A DNA stretch of 32,000 nucleotides from Acaryochloris marina MBIC11017. Its GTDB lineage: Bacteria; Cyanobacteriota; Cyanobacteriia; Thermosynechococcales; Thermosynechococcaceae. Each line of letters starts with the position of its first letter. Within the stretch, counting starts at the first letter, position 1. The stretch spans positions 6,060,001 through 6,092,000 of the forward strand of contig NC_009925.1 of assembly GCF_000018105.1 (NCBI RefSeq), in the 5' to 3' direction. Below the pieces are notes generated by a model. It was not told where the DNA came from. It saw only the letters and a program-made list of their open reading frames with translations, and did no database searches. The position numbers and the translations under genes are program-made. Positions 24,847 through 32,000 of this stretch are shown here, one piece after another.

Positions 24847-25968
24847 ATGCAAAACTACGGTAACCCTGAAGTTACCTATGGCTGGTGGGCAGGTAATTCC
24901 CGCGTAGCGAACTCTTCAGGATTATTTATTTCCGCCCATGCGGGCCATGCTGGCTTGATATCAGTTTGGGCTGGTGGTTTTACGTTATTTGAACTGGGTC
25001 GGTATTCCACTGAATCTCCCATGTGGGATCAGGGACTTGTGCTCCTCCCTCACCTGGCTGCTGAAGGCATTGGTTTTGGGTCTGGTGGAATTTTGAATGA
25101 TCCGCAACAACTAGTTGCAGTGGGTATGGTCCACATTATCGCTGGGGCCGTTCTGGGCGCTGGCGCGTTGTTCCACATCCTGAAAGCGCCGCTTGATCTC
25201 AGTGATGCTTCGGGTGCAGCTCGTACCTATCATTTCGAGTGGGATGATACAGCTCAATTGGGGCGGATATTAGGGCATCATCTTCTCATTCTGGGCCTAT
25301 ATGCGCTCTTATTTGTGGGTTGGGCCATGTTTTGGGGAGGACTCTACGATCCTGACTTACAAGAGGTTCGTCTAGTCACGGATCCAACTCTCAGTCCCTC
25401 AGTTATTTTTGGTTATCAAACCCATTTCGACAGTGTAGATAATTTGGAAGATATTGTTGGGGGCCATATTTTTATTGCTGCTCTAGATATTGTCGGTGGG
25501 ATTTTTCACTTGCTTGTTCCCATGCTTCCTTGGGCTAAGAAGCGCGTCCCTGTTAATGGAGAAGCGATATTGTCCTATTCTCTGGGAGCAGTGGCTTTCT
25601 TCGGTTTTCTCTCTGCCTATTGGTGTTCGGTTAATACCTATGTGTGGCCAGAAGAATTTTACGGACCGGCCTTGCAAATCAAGTTTGGCTTTACACCCTA
25701 CTTTGCAGATACGGTAGACCTTCCTTACGGTATCCATTCCGCCCGTTGTTGGCTATCTAATGCTACCTATATCTTGGCATTCTATTTCCTCCAAGGTCAT
25801 CTTTGGCATGCCCTGAGAGGTCTTGGTTTTGACTTTAGATCCGTCGATAAGTTCCTTAATTCATTGACTTACGATGAACAGGTAACATCTGCCAAACCCA
25901 AGCAATCGAAGAATGCTATGGCACCTGTTCCGGCAACTACTCCACCTGCGCAGACGGCCGAAAATTAA
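24847..25968 (+). CDS. isiA: Iron-stress-induced chlorophyll-binding protein (CP43-like IsiA/Pcb family)
   Basis: The N-terminus [53 protein letters not shown] is typical of IsiA/Pcb. There are six TM segments and flavodoxin lies downstream. GGAGA is upstream of the ATG. Confidence 0.95.
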   Translation: MQNYGNPEVTYGWWAGNSRVANSSGLFISAHAGHAGLISVWAGGFTLFELGRYSTESPMWDQGLVLLPHLAAEGIGFGSGGILNDPQQLVAVGMVHIIAGAVLGAGALFHILKAPLDLSDASGAARTYHFEWDDTAQLGRILGHHLLILGLYALLFVGWAMFWGGLYDPDLQEVRLVTDPTLSPSVIFGYQTHFDSVDNLEDIVGGHIFIAALDIVGGIFHLLVPMLPWAKKRVPVNGEAILSYSLGAVAFFGFLSAYWCSVNTYVWPEEFYGPALQIKFGFTPYFADTVDLPYGIHSARCWLSNATYILAFYFLQGHLWHALRGLGFDFRSVDKFLNSLTYDEQVTSAKPKQSKNAMAPVPATTPPAQTAEN

Positions 25969-26018
25969 ATCTGCATAGGTTTTTAACCCTATTCAACTCA
26001 GTTGAATAAGAGCGCCAC

Positions 26019-26064
26019 GGTAAGAGCGTGAACAACCTGGGCGCTTCACGCTCTTGCCATTTTT
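26019..26064 (+). terminator. Intrinsic terminator/attenuator between isiA and isiB
   Basis: A 14-bp stem (26019-26032 paired with 26045-26058, one G-U pair) encloses a 12-nt loop and is followed by ATTTTT. Confidence 0.6.
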
Positions 26065-26110
26065 ATCGTAACGAAACTTAGTTCTTTTGTAGTAATCCTT
26101 TGGAGTAGAT

Positions 26111-26623
26111 ATGACACAAATCGGAATGTTCTTTGGCACAACCACTGGAAAAACAGCGGAAGCAGCTGAAAAAATTCAAGAAGCCTTTGGTGGGGAAGAT
26201 GTTGTTACTCTGATCGAAATCCCAGATGCTGAAAACGATGACTTTTCCAGTTACAACTTCTTGTTGATTGGTTGTCCGACTTGGGATATCGGTGAACTGC
26301 AAAGTGATTGGGACGCATTTTTTCCTAATCTAGACAGCATTGATTTTTCCGGCAAGAAAGTGGCGTATTTTGGTACCGGTGATCAAGTGGGCTATGCCGA
26401 TAACTATATGGATGCCATCGGCATGATTGAGGCAAAAATCTCTGAAAAGGGTGGCCAAACCGTTGGCTATTGGTCAACGGATGGGTATGAATTTGATGGT
26501 TCTAAGGCAGACAGAGGCGGAAAATTTTGTGGTTTGGCACTGGATGAAGATAACCAGTCTGAACTCTCTGATGAACGCATTGAAGCTTGGGTTGCCCAAG
26601 TTAAAACAGAATTCGGAATATAG
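26111..26623 (+). CDS. isiB: Long-chain flavodoxin
   Basis: It has the FMN-binding start IGMFFGTTTGKTAEAAEKI, plus PTWDIGELQSDW and the long-chain insert. GGAG is upstream of the ATG. Confidence 0.95.
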   Translation: MTQIGMFFGTTTGKTAEAAEKIQEAFGGEDVVTLIEIPDAENDDFSSYNFLLIGCPTWDIGELQSDWDAFFPNLDSIDFSGKKVAYFGTGDQVGYADNYMDAIGMIEAKISEKGGQTVGYWSTDGYEFDGSKADRGGKFCGLALDEDNQSELSDERIEAWVAQVKTEFGI

Positions 26624-26709
26624 GGTTCCAAAAGCCGGGTCAGGGCTTATTCCTGGCCCTTCATCTCCCCTTTTTAGAGTTCTTCTTTACTCCATTTGCG
26701 ACGAAATAA

Positions 26710-27456
26710 ATGACTCACTCCATTGATGCTGTCTGGACAACGACTAGTCCCTATCTCAAACGTTTTGACCAACCCCTACTGGATCGCTTGAGCAAACACA
26801 AAACGATTGCTCAGTGGCAGTACCAACAAACTGCGGATGAACCCAGCTCCCTGAGTACAGCGGTGGGTCTCCTGCATGAATATATCCAAAATTTTGACCA
26901 TCCTATTCATTTAATGGGGCATGGCACAGGTGGGTTAGTGAGCCTAATGTATGCACGTCAATGCCCACAGAATGTTCGGTCCCTCACAATACTGGGGGTT
27001 GGCGCATCAGCCACCCTAGACTGGATGGCCCACTATTATTTTCATCTCCAATTTATGCCTAGCAACCGTCGTCAGATTCTAACTCAGCTGATTCCCGATC
27101 TATTTGGTGAACAAAATTCAACCGTCACTTGCTACCTCAGTCGGCTATTGGAAAAGGAAATGATGGTTTCTCCTTCACCTCATTCCCTATTTCAACGCTA
27201 CAGTTTGCCCCCTAGCGGTGTATCAATGCCCCTATTTGTTTGTGGCAGTAAAAATGATCCTGTAGTCGATAGCCAGGCTTTGAAGGAATGGCAGCGTTGG
27301 ATGAAAGGATGCGATCGCATATGGCAATGCAAGAGCGGTTACCACTTTTTCCACTGTTTTCATCCGCAGCCCATCGCAGAACAAATTCTGGACTTTTGGC
27401 AAATCAAATCAGAGCCTCCTATTCCATCTGAAACTTGGGATGTTTGCTCCGTTTAA
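26710..27456 (+). CDS. Alpha/beta-hydrolase-fold protein (isiC-like position) lacking the nucleophile Ser
   Basis: The nucleophile elbow reads HLMGHGTGGL where GHSxGG is expected. Asp-like (GSKNDPVVD) and His-like (SGYHFFH) contexts are retained. It follows isiB directly on the same strand. Confidence 0.8.
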   Translation: MTHSIDAVWTTTSPYLKRFDQPLLDRLSKHKTIAQWQYQQTADEPSSLSTAVGLLHEYIQNFDHPIHLMGHGTGGLVSLMYARQCPQNVRSLTILGVGASATLDWMAHYYFHLQFMPSNRRQILTQLIPDLFGEQNSTVTCYLSRLLEKEMMVSPSPHSLFQRYSLPPSGVSMPLFVCGSKNDPVVDSQALKEWQRWMKGCDRIWQCKSGYHFFHCFHPQPIAEQILDFWQIKSEPPIPSETWDVCSV

Positions 27457-28075
27457 TTCAGCATCAGTTTTTTACTTTGGTTGTCTGATGGTTTCTTCAC
27501 TATCTACCGCTCCTTTTTCTTCGTTTATGCACTCTCAGTCTAGTGGTTTGCAATCGTCCTTCTTCTCAGATCGAGCCTTTTTACCCTCTGAATCGCAAGA
27601 ATTATGGCAAATTAAGCGAGGGCTTGTGAGAACCTATACCTGGGATTCCAATGGCAATATCACCACCTTGGGAATTTGGGGAACCGGAGATATCGTTGGG
27701 CAATCGCTGTCAAACGTTACACCTTATATGATCCAGACCTTAGGAACCGTTGAAGCAACGTCCCAAGTCTCTAATCAATGGAATAATCCTGAAGCTATTC
27801 TCAGTCATGCCCAGCAACTCACCATTCTGCTTAAAATCATTAGTATTAAACGAGCAGACGATCGGTTATTAAGCTTGCTTCAATGGTTGGCCCAACGTTT
27901 TGGCTATATAACTCCCACAGGAACATGCACAACCTTGCCCATCACTCATCAAGAGCTAGCAGAAACCGCTAATGTCACGAGAGTTACAGCCACTCGACTG
28001 ATAGGTGATTTGGAGCAACAGGGCGTTCTATCATGGTCTCGCCGACGTCAGTTTGTACTGTTGAAGCCATCCTAA
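27440..28075 (+). CDS. Crp/Fnr-family transcriptional regulator
   Basis: It has a cNMP-binding-type beta-barrel segment (RGLVRTYTWDSNGNITTLGIWGTGDIVG) and a C-terminal HTH (ITHQELAETANVTRVTATRLIGDLEQQGVL). ATG 27440 overlaps the upstream gene by 17 nt. An alternative ATG is at 27488. Confidence 0.8.
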   Translation: MFAPFNSASVFYFGCLMVSSLSTAPFSSFMHSQSSGLQSSFFSDRAFLPSESQELWQIKRGLVRTYTWDSNGNITTLGIWGTGDIVGQSLSNVTPYMIQTLGTVEATSQVSNQWNNPEAILSHAQQLTILLKIISIKRADDRLLSLLQWLAQRFGYITPTGTCTTLPITHQELAETANVTRVTATRLIGDLEQQGVLSWSRRRQFVLLKPS

Positions 28076-28081
28076 CTACCA

Positions 28082-28113
28082 TGGCAAGGCTTTTAATTTA
28101 GGTTTGCTTGCCA
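28082..28113. terminator. Weak hairpin between the convergent crp-like and prxQ genes
   Basis: TGGCAAG (28082-28088) pairs with CTTGCCA (28107-28113) around an 18-nt AT-rich loop. Confidence 0.25.
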
Positions 28114-28126
28114 GCAACGATTTTAA

Positions 28127-28681
28127 TCAAGCATCTTTTGTCAGAGATTGGACTATCTTGAGGGACTCATCAATATGGCCCTGGAAGTTCAACTGCGAAT
28201 TAAAAATATGACGAACAACGCCGTCAGTATCAATCACATAGGTCACTCGGCCAGGTAATAATCCTAATGTAGAGGGAACCCCAAAGGCCTTACGGGCTTG
28301 ATTGGCTCCATCGCTCAATAAGGTAAAGGGGAGTTGGTACTTATTGGCAAACTGTTGATGGGAATTTGGGGTGTCGTTACTGACGCCAATCACCTCTGCC
28401 CCCGCTTCTTGAAAAACGGTATAACTATCCCGAAAACCGCAGGCCTCTTTCGTACAGCCAGGGGTATCATCTTTGGGATAAAAATAGAGGACAACAATCT
28501 TTTCCCCTAAGAAGTTTTTAAGGCTAACGGTTTCTCCTGTCGGGGTTTGGAGAGTTACATCGGGAACTGAGTTACCAACTTTGATTGCCATTGATTTGGT
28601 TTGAATGTGAGACTTTTGCTCTTCTCCCAATGCTATCAGAGAAATCTCATCCCAATTATAGAGACCTAGAGGGTGCACCAT
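28127..28681 (-). CDS. Peroxiredoxin, Bcp/PrxQ type (AhpC/TSA family)
   Basis: It has the active-site context YFYPKDDTPGCTKEAC. An alternative start at 28591 (MAIKVGNSVPD) would remove a 30-aa non-conserved extension. Confidence 0.9.
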   Translation of the reverse strand: MVHPLGLYNWDEISLIALGEEQKSHIQTKSMAIKVGNSVPDVTLQTPTGETVSLKNFLGEKIVVLYFYPKDDTPGCTKEACGFRDSYTVFQEAGAEVIGVSNDTPNSHQQFANKYQLPFTLLSDGANQARKAFGVPSTLGLLPGRVTYVIDTDGVVRHIFNSQLNFQGHIDESLKIVQSLTKDA

Positions 28682-28779
28682 AGTGGTTCTCCGTTCTACA
28701 CAATCGGCATGGTTCCTGTCTTACCCGATCTGATTTTTTAGATGAGTCATACCCTGCAGGTTTAGCTCCATCCCATTTT

Positions 28780-30243
28780 CTATCCCAGCTTTCCTAGGGT
28801 AGTGGAGGATGGATATTCGCGCCGATGAAGAATTTCATTAAAGTTATCCCACTGTAGTTGAGACCATTGGTTACAGTTCATCTTTCCAGATTGAACTCCA
28901 GATTGGACTTGTTCTATCAAAGGCCTACGAATGTTCTCATATTGATGAAATGCATTGGCGATCGCAGTCCTATCATCCAACCCGTTGTCCTGAATCAGCT
29001 GAACAATATAAGTGCTAACCACAGCTGCATCTTCCAGCCCTTGATTAGCCCCTTGGGCCATAAACGGAGGCATTCCATGGGCTGCATCACCAACGAGAAC
29101 TGCCCGTCCATGACACCAAATCGACTGCACATCCTTTAGGCTTGCGATTGGATGGATAAAGTAGGGGCGATAAAACACTTTTTCAGGGGCTGACAACTCT
29201 ACAATTTCAGAGAAAATGGGCAGAAAACCAGCATCTCTTAAAATTTTCAGTCCTAAATCGAGAACTTCTGCAGGCGAACTCTGTTGCAATACATCCAAAT
29301 GAATTGGACTGGTAATGGCATAGCCTATTGCTGTATCAGAAATACGGATCAAACTCACACGGGTCTGTTCTGATTCTGGAGTATCTAATTGAGCTGAATC
29401 ATTCTTAAGGGTAACGACCTTTGCTCCTTGCAAATATCGAGTCTCTAAAGTGTCGAGTATGGAATCTGGTAAATTGTCACACTTAAAGCAACTTATCGTG
29501 GCGAAACCAGAATATTGTGGTTTTGCCCATTCTTCTAACCCTTTATTTCTATAAAGCACTTGGCGTATCGTTGAGTTGATTCCATCAGCAACCACAACTA
29601 ACTTGGCATAAAAGCGTCTACTGATGGATGCTTGATTAGTTTCAGGCGTAGTAGAAGGCTCCGAGCCAGAACGCAACATTTCCCAATGGGCAAAAGGATT
29701 TATGGACTCCGCCGCATTCGAGGTCGAATCTACTCGCACCCAGTCAGGACTATCCTCAATGTGAACACAACGATGATTGGCTAGGACCTTTTCGGGGGGG
29801 AGTAGATTTCTCAATTCAGTTTGTAAATTAAACCAGGGTAAGGAGACCCGTCCTTCTCCATAGCGGTCAAACCAACTTTGAAAATCCAAGGGAAACGAGC
29901 GTAAAATGTCTCCCTGCAGATTTCTTTTGCACCACCGTTGTGTTGCAGGGGCTGGCTGAGATTGAGAGACCGAAGAACTAGAAGGTTTACTCACGCCAAG
30001 CCGGGATGCTTTTATTTGCTCATAAGCATTTGGGTCAATATATTTGATAGCTCGTAAGCCATTAGGGAGTAAATCAACAACTTGCCCCACCCTGCGGAAT
30101 TCACGCGTCTGATCGATGACCAGAATATTCGTGATGCCTCGTTTTAGAAGTGCGATCGCAGTTGCTAAGCCAACTGGGCCAGCCCCTACAATCAAAACAT
30201 CATAAATATGCTGTGGGGCAGTGAAATCTGGTCCATCACTCAT
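28780..30243 (-). CDS. FAD-dependent monooxygenase (aromatic-ring hydroxylase-like)
   Basis: It has the GxGxxG motif (YDVLIVGAGPVGLATA) and GD...H..P..GQG.N (LVGDAAHGMPPFMAQGANQGLEDA). The ATG is at 30243 and the ORF-track start at 30252 is TTG. Confidence 0.85.
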   Translation of the reverse strand: MSDGPDFTAPQHIYDVLIVGAGPVGLATAIALLKRGITNILVIDQTREFRRVGQVVDLLPNGLRAIKYIDPNAYEQIKASRLGVSKPSSSSVSQSQPAPATQRWCKRNLQGDILRSFPLDFQSWFDRYGEGRVSLPWFNLQTELRNLLPPEKVLANHRCVHIEDSPDWVRVDSTSNAAESINPFAHWEMLRSGSEPSTTPETNQASISRRFYAKLVVVADGINSTIRQVLYRNKGLEEWAKPQYSGFATISCFKCDNLPDSILDTLETRYLQGAKVVTLKNDSAQLDTPESEQTRVSLIRISDTAIGYAITSPIHLDVLQQSSPAEVLDLGLKILRDAGFLPIFSEIVELSAPEKVFYRPYFIHPIASLKDVQSIWCHGRAVLVGDAAHGMPPFMAQGANQGLEDAAVVSTYIVQLIQDNGLDDRTAIANAFHQYENIRRPLIEQVQSGVQSGKMNCNQWSQLQWDNFNEILHRREYPSSTTLGKLG

Positions 30244-30437
30244 AGCACTCAAGCAGATATGATTTGCAAGTTTAGAATTCAGTTGCTTATAGCTTATGGG
30301 TAACAGGTACCGGCAGCAATAAGCGAAACTTGCATTGATCGAGGGGATGGGACAGTTATTCAGTGAATACTCAAAGGCAGTACTTTTTAATGAATTCCAA
30401 TTAGCTAGCCATACTTTTCCATAGAATCTTTACACCT

Positions 30438-30455
30438 GAAAACGGGGCAGCCCCT
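30438..30455 (-). terminator. Short GC hairpin plus U-tract downstream of the methyltransferase gene
   Basis: The minus strand reads GGGGCTGCCCC followed by GTTTTC. The stem is only 4-5 bp. Confidence 0.3.
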
Positions 30456-30506
30456 CCTTGATTTAGAACTGGTCATAATGCTAGCTGTACTCTAAAGATT
30501 AGAGCA

Positions 30507-31640
30507 CTAGGGCATTATCCTTCTTAACTTAGTTGTTAGCTTCTTAGGGGAAGCGAGAGCTGACATTTTATAGATAATTTGACCCCGACATAATCCCAAC
30601 TTGAAGAGCTTTTCAGTTCTCAACAAGTAGTTCAGCATTCTAGAAGGTCGAGACGAGGACTCTTGATGAACTGTGGTATTTTCCTGTGTACTGTTTGGAG
30701 AAATCTGAATCCAAATCTCTGGAGAACTTGACCAGGGTGAAGAAGATTTTGATGAGCTACCAAGTTCCAGTTTATTAACCGCAAAGTCGACCTGGCTTGC
30801 AATCCGATGCAATCCGTCAATAGAAAAGTTGTACTTATGGGCGATGTGTAAGTACATCAATAAATTACCCAGAGCAGGTAGATGCCCAAACTGATCAATG
30901 CGGCTAATATCAGGCACAATCAAGACAATCTTCCCATTAGGGGTGAGATACTGACGAGCCTCTTGCAGAAAATTAAGTGGCTGATCAAGATGTTCAAAAA
31001 CGTGATGCAGATAGATTAAGTCAAACTTCGCTTTTCTTTGCTCTTCTGGCAGGGAATTTAGGTCGCCATAGTAAAGATGTTTAACTCCATAATGGCGACC
31101 CGCTTGCAAGGCTGCTACATCGTAATCACAGCCAATGGCGTCATATCCCCGTTCCTGCATGAATTTAACACTACCTCCTCCTCCACAACCAACCTCACAC
31201 AGTCGGCTTTTTGGTGTTAAGGAGTCACCAGCGAATTGAAGGAGTTTCTCAGAATAACTGCTTTGGCTCGCAATATAATCTCCATAATCAGCTGAGTCAT
31301 CAACATCCATGGCATACATTTTTCGATAGATGTTGGTATAAAAATCAGCTAGGCTAGCTTCATCTAAATACGGATCAAATCTTACCGTTCCGCATCGATT
31401 ACATAAGACTGATTTTAGCGGAATGCCATATCTATCAATCTCAGAAACGAGAATATCTTCTGATGATTCTGCTCCGCAAGGACAGGCCGAATGCTGAAGA
31501 TTATATGACTTGTTGGTAATATTTAATTTTATTTTTTCTATGTAATTTTTCTGGGTTTCAGAAACAGAAGGCTGATAAGGATTATCAGAATTAAACTCAA
31601 ATCTAGGAGAAATGATTTTCCGTTCTGGTGCTAAAATCAT
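30507..31640 (-). CDS. Class I SAM-dependent methyltransferase with an N-terminal 4-Cys zinc ribbon and a Ser-rich C-terminal tail
   Basis: It has CPCG...CNRCG, SAM motif I (EVGCGGGGS) and the post-I/II motifs (DAIGCDYD, FDLIYLHHVFEHL). The ATG is at 31640 and the ORF-track start at 31646 is TTG. Confidence 0.8.
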   Translation of the reverse strand: MILAPERKIISPRFEFNSDNPYQPSVSETQKNYIEKIKLNITNKSYNLQHSACPCGAESSEDILVSEIDRYGIPLKSVLCNRCGTVRFDPYLDEASLADFYTNIYRKMYAMDVDDSADYGDYIASQSSYSEKLLQFAGDSLTPKSRLCEVGCGGGGSVKFMQERGYDAIGCDYDVAALQAGRHYGVKHLYYGDLNSLPEEQRKAKFDLIYLHHVFEHLDQPLNFLQEARQYLTPNGKIVLIVPDISRIDQFGHLPALGNLLMYLHIAHKYNFSIDGLHRIASQVDFAVNKLELGSSSKSSSPWSSSPEIWIQISPNSTQENTTVHQESSSRPSRMLNYLLRTEKLFKLGLCRGQIIYKMSALASPKKLTTKLRRIMP

Positions 31641-31900
31641 AGTCAAAAACTTGTCGGTAAATTAAAGGTTCAAGTTTTATACTAAGTACCGGAAAGTTAT
31701 AAAGAAGTGGCTTAGATCACAAATTAAAATCCAATTTTTGAGATAAAAATAGTCTGACTTATTTAGATGAATTCAATGTAAAAATTAGAGCTATTTGCTA
31801 CCTAGCCCCAGTTCAGGTTAAGCCCATTTTTGAGATTCTTCTACGCAAGAATGCAGGTTTCAGCTTATCCCGAACTCAGGTTACCTAGGTATTTCTTTTG

Positions 31901-32000
31901 CTACAACTTCTTTGATAATCGGTTGACAATATGTTTAGCCCGAAATAAAGCGCCAGCCTGGTTTAAATGGTATTCACTATCAAAGAAATAATTTACCTGT
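31901..32000 (-). CDS. 3' end (32 codons plus stop) of an unidentified gene that continues beyond the window
   Basis: An open frame on the minus strand reads QVNYFFDSEYHLNQAGALFRAKHIVNRLSKKL-stop, with the stop at 31903..31901. The D..H.N..G pattern is reminiscent of SGNH/GDSL-type C-termini, but the fragment is too short to call. Confidence 0.3.
   Translation of the reverse strand, partial: QVNYFFDSEYHLNQAGALFRAKHIVNRLSKKL

Noticed and set aside
25483-25737. Antisense ORF in isiA, and the possibility of an IsrR-like antisense RNA
   Set aside because: The ORF has no features. An IsrR-type antisense transcript is known in Synechocystis isiA, but I could not identify a convincing minus-strand promoter and terminator pair here, so no call is made.
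26427-26726. ORF 26427..26726 (+) overlapping the isiB 3' half
   Set aside because: It is an off-frame reading of the flavodoxin gene.
1-32000. CRISPR arrays, tRNA/rRNA genes, recognisable defence systems (restriction-modification, toxin-antitoxin, retron, CBASS-type genes)
   Set aside because: I scanned by eye for regularly spaced repeats, tRNA T-arm-like GTTCGAATC motifs and hallmark protein motifs and found none. The only tandem or dispersed repeats are those listed above.

Overview
This looks like a cyanobacterial segment. It has eight HIP1 octamers (GCGATCGC), an isiA-isiB iron-stress operon and a canonical NtcA box. I saw no rRNA, tRNA or CRISPR array. Contents from left to right:
1. 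A nested transposon scar. An IS630-family element (366-1567; TA/TA duplication; A_AAA_AAC -1 frameshift site) lies inside the transposase gene of a Tn5-like IS4-family element (81-2790; 10-bp duplication). That IS4 element in turn lies 7 sense codons before the stop of a LysR regulator gene.
2. A visibly AT-rich short-chain-amide/urea utilisation island around a divergent control region. A five-gene Urt/Fmd-like ABC transporter is on the minus strand. amiE (aliphatic amidase), fmdA (formamidase) and fmdB are on the plus strand.
3. A Na+/H+ antiporter fused to a USP domain.
4. A 1764-aa CBS-GAF-GAF-PAS-GAF-GAF hybrid histidine kinase.
5. A frameshifted DUF3592 gene, then a translationally coupled pair: a PadR regulator and an N-terminally extended cytochrome b6 (PetB)-like membrane protein in which one of the four heme-ligand His is Gln. 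This pair is my best candidate for an undescribed, possibly redox- or quinone-sensing, module.
6. A stand-alone tandem MshEN/GspE-N protein and a tiny hyper-acidic repeat lipoprotein.
7. An isiA-isiB-isiC-like operon with a repeated TTCTCAAT (Fur-type) box, a perfect 14-bp palindrome and an internal attenuator hairpin. It is followed by a Crp-family regulator, a PrxQ peroxiredoxin, a FAD monooxygenase and a Zn-ribbon SAM methyltransferase.
All functional calls rest on motif recognition by eye. No database search was run.
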